DNA of 64,000 bases from Lingula anatina (taxonomy: Eukaryota > Animalia > Brachiopoda): the NCBI GenBank assembly GCA_051362555.1, contig CM120648.1, positions 9,606,587 to 9,670,586 on the forward strand, given 5' to 3'. Shown piece after piece: positions 54,901 to 64,000 of the stretch. Made by a program: the position numbers and the translations under genes. Below the pieces are notes generated by a model. It was not told the DNA's origin, searched no databases, and was given only the letters and a program-made list of their open reading frames with translations. Every line of letters starts with the position of its first letter. Positions within the stretch are counted from its first letter, which is position 1.

Positions 54901-57900
54901 ATGCTGCTGACATAAAATACAAGTGGGATATTTGGTATTCATGTGCAACACTCCTCATTCCACCAGTGTTTTGTCTGTAAAAATGCATATTAGATAAAAG
55001 ATACTTATCCGTTTTTCCTGAAATATGAATATATTTAAGAACGAATAACTTTTCACGCCTCTGTGCTAATTCCCCTCTAAGAGTATAGTGTGTTAGTTTT
55101 TGAGGAAAAAATGTGGTTTTGTGAGACTTTGATGATATTTGGTTATTTATTGTGCCCCCTTTGTTCTTAATATTTGTGTAGTTTCTCGGGTTTCAAAGGG
55201 AATGTGTTCTTAGGACCATTAATGTTTGTCACTCGTCATGGATATAGAGATATTAGTCTCTGTAATGTAAACAACAAAAGAGTTACATAAATTTTTCACT
55301 TTAGACATATGTCAGACATTTTCAGTAAAAAAGGTTACTACCGAAATAAAAGATATCTATTACTTTTGTGCTGAAAAGAGAAGTGTCTTTAGGTGTCTTT
55401 TTTCTTATCTGATTTAGTCTGTTAATAAAGAACAAAGTTTGATTCCACACTCAATTTCACTTGGTTATGCTCCATCAGCAGACAGAAATTTAAGGAGGGG
55501 AAAAATGTCCTCTTGATAAGTGTCTTTGTACCAGTTGATTCTTGTTTAAAATTGAGAAGAGGGAGGATTTGGAAGAATGAAGCTGTAACTTGCATTCAAC
55601 CTATCTCCATATCATATTTAGTTTTTTGAATTGTTGTAAGACAATTTTTAAAAAGAAAGAAAAATGTTTACTCTGTTTATAGCAATGAAGGAAAATTGCA
55701 CTTAACAAAATATAAAAAGTTTTTTTCATGTACCAAAATATTTTCTTATGGCAACAACCTAGTAAATTAAGGTTGAAATGGATGAGAATTCATAATATAT
55801 AGATGTTCCAGCTTTCAGTTTGAGCTTGACATGGAAAAAGCACCACTGCATTGTGCTGTCCCCTATTGGCCACTTACAGAACTAACAGTGAGTCATGGCC
55901 ACTTACTGCATTAGAGGCCCATGTTCAGTGACATAACTTGCTTTTCTCTCCATGCCGGGAGGCAGATACACTGCTGTTACACTTTGTGCCTCAATTCTCT
56001 ACTATCCATTACAATTATCCAATCACAGAAAGAATCAGAGAAAAGTTTAATGGCAATTTATGACCCTTGAGCTGTTCAAAAAGTGTGTCACTTGTGAAGA
56101 AAAATGTTCCCAGCAGCTTGAACTGAAGGACAGTTACTGATTGTTTTTCATGAGGCTTACGTTTGAAGAACCTAAGAGTTATTTCAGAAATGAAAATAAG
56201 AATAGGTATTTATGCAGACCCATAGTCCATAATTATGATTAATCTTTTTGTTCTTGAAGCTTCCATAAAACCTGTCATTCTGATTGGCAAATCTGCTATT
56301 TGTATAATTCTTGTTTTTTTCCCCACATGCATTGAAATATATTATTTACATCGGATTATAATGATCTCTGTTAAACCTTAGGTCAGAACAAACGCAAAAA
56401 GTACATAAACTATGTTATAAATGGAGCTAAATACTGAGCTTAGTTAGAGGTCTTGGTAATGGGGCTTGAAATTCCACAAAGTCATGTCAGTTTTACTTGG
56501 TTTTGGGGTTGAGTGGTTGGCAGATTGCAGATTTTGAAATGGAGTAACTGTGGTACCAAGTGTAACGAGAAATAAATAACAAATGATGTTGAAATTAGCC
56601 CTAAAACTGTCACATTCTTTTCAAAGTGGCTTCTTGAGCAAAAGTTTCTTGTTGTTTAAACATGGTAGTGCTGTTTAAAAATTTGGAAAGATTTACTACT
56701 CAACCGACTTGATTTTGCCAAGCACTGGGGACTAACAGCAAATTTCCGTTTTAAATTTGGATACTTTGTCTGCCACAGAGACTTTTTTTGAAATTGTAAC
56801 ATGAATTTCCACTGTGCAAAGGAAAGAAATTTAATGGAAAGAGTCAGAAATTCTTAACTGGGCTGAGCTTGTTTGTATTTTTTTTGACTTTCTTGTTCTG
56901 TACAAATTATGCAGAGAATATGATATATAGCTACTAAAATTTAAACATCCCACTAACAAGGACTGTTAGATTTAAATATGTTAAAAAGTTTTAAAAAAAA
57001 TGTTATTTGTCTCTCGCAATAATTTTTGGAATTTCAGCAGATAAATCGTTTCCTTATGGATAAATCAACAGTCTTGTGTTTTCAGACAAGAAATTATACA
57101 GCGCTGGATATTTTTAGATGCCTATTAAAAAGGCCTCATTCAAAATTTCCAATCATTCTGCAAGTTAAGCAGACGACCCAAGCCCCCATCAAAAATCATC
57201 GATACATGAACACTGTTTGCACACAGTACAGGTGCAAGGACCTATTGATTCCCATTCAGGCCCTATCAAAAACTAATCGACCATCATATTTTGGTTGGGA
57301 GGCCCGGTAGTAGCTTACACAAACACGAAACCAAATCAATCATTATTCGTTATTAGTTGAAACACCAATGAAACTCCAATGACTGTTGCCTTAGGTATGT
57401 TACGTATGTACGATACGAGTGCCCAGGAGAGAGCCCGTGCCCGTTTGTGCTGAGATAACAGTTGAAGGATCATATTAGTCCAGTGTCTTTGAGATAAAAC
57501 ATTAATGGAGGCTGATAAAAGCCTTTATTGACCCCTTTTGGTCATCTTATCTCGATCCCCAAGTCGGTCAACTTTAGAAGTTATAACTCTTAATAACTAA
57601 CTATTGTCTGTTTTGTTCTTCGGTAGATTAATTTCTCCTTAAGACAAACACAAGATAGAGGCTCAGTGATAATTTTCCCAGCAACAAGGCTACTGGTTAG
57701 TATGTAAGACAATAAGAAAGCCATTAGGTAGCAAAATAGACGAATAATACCTGTACTCGGGGTCATTTAACAGAGTGAACCCTGGCCTTGCTTAGTGGAC
57801 CATAATTTGTAAGAAGTAATAAAAATAACGGGATATTGATTGGCGTAGTTATAGCGTCCATTTCCCCTAGATTGTTTTTCTGTTACTCTGTTTTACTTTC

Positions 57901-58135
57901 TCAAGGTTTTATATCATTGATCTCTGTTTGTGCTCTATTTGGCTGCTTCTGGTTTTCTGTACTTGCACTTTACTTTTATCAAGATTTTGAGTCATCCTCC
58001 TATGCTGTTAGGTTGAGTCCTGTGTTTACTTTAAATTTAACTGGTTCTTAGGTTACCTATGTACATTTGCATTTTTGTTTGGAAATCTTTTTTTTCTCTC
58101 ATATAGTTTTTTGATAATGTTGATCTCTTTCTTAC

Positions 58136-58136
58136 G

Positions 58137-58185
<49 letters not shown>
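58136..58185. repeat. (CT)n microsatellite
   Basis: Direct reading. Confidence 0.9.
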
Positions 58186-58188
<3 letters not shown>

Positions 58189-61100
58189 ACACTAATGGGC
58201 CGGCAAAGATGCACACACATGAGTACAAATGAGTAAGACTGCTTAATGTGGCGAAACAGATATTGATCCGAAAAAAAAGTCCTTCTTCTCACAAAGTCTG
58301 TGATGCAATTTGGATCGTCTACAGTACTGCTTAAAAAGTGCTAAACTCAAGACAGCATTACCAGGAGCAGGCCAACATTCAAGTAGATTTACAAGAGGTT
58401 TTGTCTGTATGAGCCCGATGATAGAATTAAAGTTGGTGAATTAGATAAAGTTAATCTCTTTAGGGAATCATCCGTGTAATGTGCTTATGAAATCTACATC
58501 CATCTTCATTCCGAAGAGAAGATAAATGAGAGAATGATTTCGAAAATGGCAGGGATTTGCGACAACCAAAGCAGCTGCTTCATTAATTCATTAATTTCCA
58601 GCAGAAACAGTTGTAATTAAAAAAAGAAAAGAAAAGAATTAATCTTGGTTGGATGATAATATTGAATGGAAAATTGAGCTTCTTATCCACTGCGCCAATC
58701 CCTCGCCTTTTGTTTCTTTCCTTCCTCCTGTCTTTGCATGTAATATTGATAATCAAAGGTAAATTCAGCTTTAAAGACTTATTAGAAGTGATACAATTTA
58801 TCAAAGATGGAATTAATTTCTGATAAATTCGTGACATTATTGTTATTGATGGGTCTAATTTAGTCGTGTTTGTTGATAAATAGACCTTTATTCAAAGCCC
58901 GACAGCTCTTAAGTAAGACCCTTAAAAAATTTCAACCCATTTTATTAGTATACTTACTACAAAATGTATGTTAGTAATGAAAATTTCATTTAAATTAATG
59001 TGAATGGAAAGGTGGGGGGGGGGGGGGGAGGCCTTAAATAGATGTTAATGCACAGCTTGCCCCTCCTCCAAGGCAAAAAGGGAGATGAAAGACCCACCCC
59101 TGTGGTGTAATGAGATAATTTACAGTGCCTTTGGTCCCTCTTCACCCCTCCCCACACACATGGCACCCCCTTAGGTAATATTACACATCTGATGAGACTT
59201 GATTAAGTATTGTTAAGGTCTGTGATAGACTTCATGATGTAATAGGCCTCACACCTTGAGAGTTTCTGGTCAGTTTTGGGGAGATTTTTCACCTGATAAT
59301 GCAATACAAAAGGAACCTTTCTTCAGTTGTGCAGTTTGTGAAAGGGAATCGAGGTTTAGGTTGAAGTTAAACTAGTTGGGCAGATGGCAATTTGGGAAGA
59401 GAAATTTGAAGTTGATAATAGAATACAGTGAAAAATTTTGCCCTTTTGTTCATTTTGTGAAAGACAGTTACAGATAATGGCTGACTGTTATGTGGTCTTT
59501 GTATAGAATTTGCCAACAAAAGTTCTTATATAATGACTTTCATTAAAGCTACAGAGTTAATTTCCATATGTTCCATTTTGAAAGAGAAGTGAAGACAATG
59601 TCAGTTTATGGAAGAATTTTTGGTTGAAAAAATGCCAACTAATTCTGCAAAGCTCAGTTTTGCCTAAGATTAATTTATTTCTGGAATTCCTCATTTTTGG
59701 GGAGGTCAAACTGATTTTAGAGTTCATCTTTTTTCCAAAGGTTAGTCTTGAAATCGCACAAGAATAACTATTATCTGTGATTTGTACAGACATCTAATTT
59801 GGAATGGAAAGTTCAGAATTAATGACCTGATTCTTATGCAATCCGTCTCGTCATTTTAGCAAGAGCAGGTAATGAAGTTTTGTTGAAATAAATGTAGCAA
59901 ACGGTTACGCTGACTGCTTGTTTTGACTGAGTTTTATCTTGGCTCCAGACGGTCAAGTAAAAAGGGGCATTTTCTGTTCAGGAATTTTTATTTTCTTTGA
60001 CGTGAGAACCATTACTGCTACAACCCCTTTTGATAGGAAATATGGTTGTTTAGAAATTCTGCTTCAGTAATGTTCACACAAGCTGTTTACTGTAGCAGTT
60101 TAGATAGAGAAAAAAAAGGAGAAAATAAAAAAGTGAAAGAAAAATGAAATATCTAGGGCCTTCCTCACAAGAAAATGATCTGGCAATAAAGGGTTATCAA
60201 TGATCATAATAAAATAATGGATAATGAATAATGTCTTTCATGGTTTGAAAGACCTGGGCAATCTTGTCATCAAAATGGTGGATTTCGCACCTCCCCTTTC
60301 CCTCTCCCTTTTAATGTTTTTTGAGAGCAAAACAAATAACATTTCTAAACGTGATGAACCGTGCATTCGTTTCCCTTCCCAACAGCACACTTCAAGACCA
60401 AAATCAGTGCCCGGGACACTCTTTGAGTAGTGTATAAAGTTCCCTCAATAAGTAACTTTTGATTGATTTTGATGCCAGACTATAAATTGTTTCTGCTTGC
60501 CTATAGTCCGTGTAGCACCCCGAACTGACCTTACTGTGTAAAGATCAGTCGTTGGATTCCCCGAGCTGTGTACCCCAGACTAACAGAGCGAATTAAGGCG
60601 AGACGCATTTGTATTGTTTGTGAATCGATGTGATCTAAAACATGAACCATTTCTGGAACAACATTGAATTGATTTAATTAATATAGACAATATGTTTATG
60701 TATGGCTTATATTTTTTTCCAAATGAAATTTTCACTTTGCTTATTAGGTTATTATTAAAGATAATTTATCTTGTGATGAAAATTAACAAATTAATGCTTG
60801 GTTTTACTTTCTATTACCAAAAAAAAAAAAAAAGTTCTCTTATGTAAGCAGACCATATCACAGTGGCCCTAGCAATAAAATAACATGTAAATGTAGCAAA
60901 TCAATAAATACATGATGATTCTCATAATTATTATTTGGCTTCTTGATTTCAAGGTAATGTAGGTAATTCAGATGTGAATGTGCCCAGTGTTTAAAGCTCG
61001 GTCTCCAGTTTCCCTGGGCTGTGTGCCCCAGACTAATAAAGCATCTATTTGCCTAGTACTTAAAGTAGGGAAAGACTATCCTGTTTCAACACACGGAGGT

Positions 61101-62180
61101 TGTATCTTATATTTCGGTGTCGGGAAGGGGGCCTGCCACTAAAGAGGTGTATATTTGGAGGTGGGGATGGGGGGGGGGGGGGGGGGGGGGGGGAGGAGGG
61201 GGGTGAAGGGAGTCGGTTTAAAAAAGAAAAGCAGATTTATCAGTTAAAAACTTAAATTGTGTCAGTGGAAGATGGAGTGTTGAAGGGAAAAGAAAAGGAA
61301 TGTTGTTTGTTTTAGCACTCTGAAGTTGTGTTGTTAGTTTAAGCTGTTTATGCAAGTGCTTAGAAAAAATTAAAGGTAAATATTGAGCCCAAAGAGGGTA
61401 CTGGAGTATCATGAAGTTGAGTTATTGGTAGAATGGAAGAATATTTCTATTTATTGATTTATTTTTAGCAAGGGTATTTGATTAGCTTACTTGTTTTCCA
61501 TGTAAAGTGACTGGATCTGTTACACATGGAACTTGGACTCGGTTTGGAACAAGTTTAATGCATTCCAAAAACACCTCAATTAGGTACAAAAGAATGAGTA
61601 AGCCATGTTGGGTGGTCACGGTAATTAAAACACCAGCCCCTTTAATTAGGCTCATTTAAAGCAGGTAGACATTGCAACACATGCTTTGATGATTACATGT
61701 TGTAATTAACACTTTGTGCTTGATTAAATGAAGGGCAACAAATAGATGGAGGAGAGGAAGTGTGCATAATTTCCGCCGAGTTCTTTTTGGAAATCATTTC
61801 TAGTTCTGGTGTGGTTATACCTGCCTTAAGGGACCCTTTAACGCGCCCCCCCCCTCTTCTTCCCACCTGTTTCCTCTTCTATTAAAAAGCCAAAAACCCT
61901 GAGGGGGAAAAATAGATGACAGACACACTGACTTTGTGCAATAAAACCACATTTCATTGTTGGTGCACGCTACCATTGTCAAAATGCTGTTTAGTTTGTT
62001 GAACAAGGGAAACCAAATTCCATTCCAAACCACAAAAAGATGGGATGCAAACATCCTAATGAAGTTGGTATAATGATCCAGAAACTTTGGCACACATAAG
62101 GGTCATTGAATAAGGTGTTTGTAAGCATTTGTAAACAAGTGTACCAAATGTGTATATTGAGTGATAGAGTTCAGTTAATA

Positions 62181-64000
62181 TTTGTACCACCAGCGTAGGC
62201 GCTGGCGGTACACATGGTTTTAGTCCCGACCCGCATGTTCCGCCGGCTCCTGCGGCTCCGCCGGCTCCTGCGGCTCCGCCGGCTCCTCTGGCTCCGCCGC
62301 CATCTCACCGTTACCGCTTCTCCTCCTAGACGGTAAGGGCCTCAATACCCATCTCTTGGATTTAGGCCACCTATAATCTCAACTCGTTCCACGTAAAATT
62401 TGGGCTTTGTCGGTGCTGGGGTCTAGGTGTGGCACTCATTGCAATGCACCCTTGTCCAAAAATGGCAAAATTAAATGCTAATTATCTACCCTACGGAAGG
62501 AATTATGGGAAAAATTTCTACAGACGGCTATCCAAAAGTCATGTGTGGAGATTTCAAATATGCCCTTGGATTTGACCTTTGACCTTTATTTCAAGGTCAA
62601 ACGAGCCAAAATTTTCAAAAAAACGAAATTTTTTTCAAAAAAAAAATTAATTGCGCTGATATTCAGAAACTACACAGACCTAACCTATAATATTATTGGA
62701 AGGTGCTACCCTTCAGGTCATCTTTCATCTCTGTGAATTTGGGGTCAACTGGTGCATTTTCCCGGGAGTAGCGGCCATAATATAACGAAACTGAAAACTG
62801 TCTCTAATTTGGGAACCGTTAATGCTAGAGACCCATTCTTTTTTGCATTTTGTAGAGCATGTAAAGCCCAACACTGGAGGTGGTCTCAGTTTTTTTGTAT
62901 TCCATATGGTTTTCGAGTTATGCTGTATCAAAAAGTACATATTGGTGGTGAAAGCAAAATGTACAGTACGGTAATGGATAATAAATTTTGAACTCTGGAA
63001 AAATAAAACATAAGGCTTGGCAAAGCAGACAACTTGTGGTTAAAAATGACATTATTTCATCAAATTTGAACTTCTGGAACTTCAGAGCACCTCCCATTTC
63101 AAGAATTTTGACCAAAATGACCTTTTCTTAATTTTAATTAATTTTTTCTGTAGGAAATTTATGGTAACTCCAAAATTATAACATTTAGTCCCTTATATCT
63201 CCAAAACTGGCAGAGATAGGTCCATAATTACTATTGAAGTTGAATGGGAAGTCATATACTGGCGATCTAAATGTGACCTTGAAATTGACCTTTGACCTAC
63301 TTTTCACCATGAATTGAACTTTGCAAATTTTGCTTCCCTTTTATCTCCAAAACTGGCAGAGATATGTCCATAGTTATTATTGAACTTGAATAGGAAGTCA
63401 TATACTGGCAATCTTACTGTGAGCTTGAAATTAACCTTTGACCTACTTTTTATCATGTATTGAACTTTGCAAATTTTGGTTCCCTTTTATTTCCAAAACT
63501 GGCAGAGATAGGTCCATAGTTACTATTGAACTTGCATAGGAAGTCATATACTGGCAATCTTACTGTGACCTTGAAATTGACCTTTGACCTACTTATAATC
63601 ATGAACTGAACTCTGCTTATTTCTTTCTCTTTTAACTCCAAACCTGGCAGAGATAGGTCCATAGTTACTATTGAAGTTGAATAGGAAGTCATATACTGGC
63701 AATCTTACTGTGACCTTGAAATTGACCTTTGACCTACTTTTCACCATGAACTAAACTTTGCAAATTTTGCTTCCCTTTTATCTCCAAAACTGGCAGAGAT
63801 AGGTCCATAGTTACTATTGAACTTGAATGGGAAGTCATATACTGGCAATCTTACTGAGACCTTGAAATTAACCTTTGACCTACTTATAATCATGAACTGA
63901 ACTCTGCTTATTTCTTTCTCTTTTAACTCCAAACCTGGCAGAGATAGGTCCATAGTTACTATTGAACTTGAATGGGAAGTCATATACTGGCAATCTTACT
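62181..64000. mobile_element. Non-autonomous Helentron/HINE (DINE-1-like) element, running off the window end
   Basis: T-run followed by a hairpin GTACCACCAGCG-TAGG-CGCTGGCGGTAC (62184-62211), an 18-bp GC-rich minisatellite x3 (62239-62292), TTTGACCTTTGACC motifs and an internal tandem array. It is CpG-rich relative to the host intron. Confidence 0.7.
63195..64000. repeat. Tandem array with a 145-146 bp monomer (at least 5.5 copies)
   Basis: GGCAGAGATA recurs at 63209, 63355, 63501, 63646, 63792 and 63937. Confidence 0.95.

Noticed and set aside
63195-64000. CRISPR-like appearance and paired similar ORFs (63453-63692, 63741-63983)
   Set aside because: The segments between conserved parts are themselves repeated rather than unique spacers, there are no cas genes, and the DNA is eukaryotic. 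The ORFs simply reflect the tandem array.

Overview
AT-rich animal genomic DNA with spliceosomal introns, microsatellites and MITEs. It is probably from a marine invertebrate such as an echinoderm (inference from the repeat types). Nearly all ORF-track entries are spurious; real genes are found from splice signals. From left to right: (1) the last coding exon and long 3' UTR of a ZNF385/matrin-type zinc-finger gene (+, 5043-5314); (2) a two-coding-exon gene missed by the ORF track (+, 10573-10753 joined to 14979-15169) encoding a ~115-123 aa Cys-rich, signal-peptide-bearing protein I do not recognise; (3) a CpG-rich block at about 17-27.5 kb holding a candidate TATA-driven multi-exon lncRNA on the - strand; (4) head-to-head with it, the signal-peptide first exon (26341-26431) of a large secreted or membrane protein gene whose intronic sequence appears to fill the rest of the window. 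Repeats include a palindromic Harbinger-like MITE, a 5-bp-TSD hAT-like MITE and a Helentron-like element with a ~146-bp satellite array. Everything was read by eye; no database searches were run.
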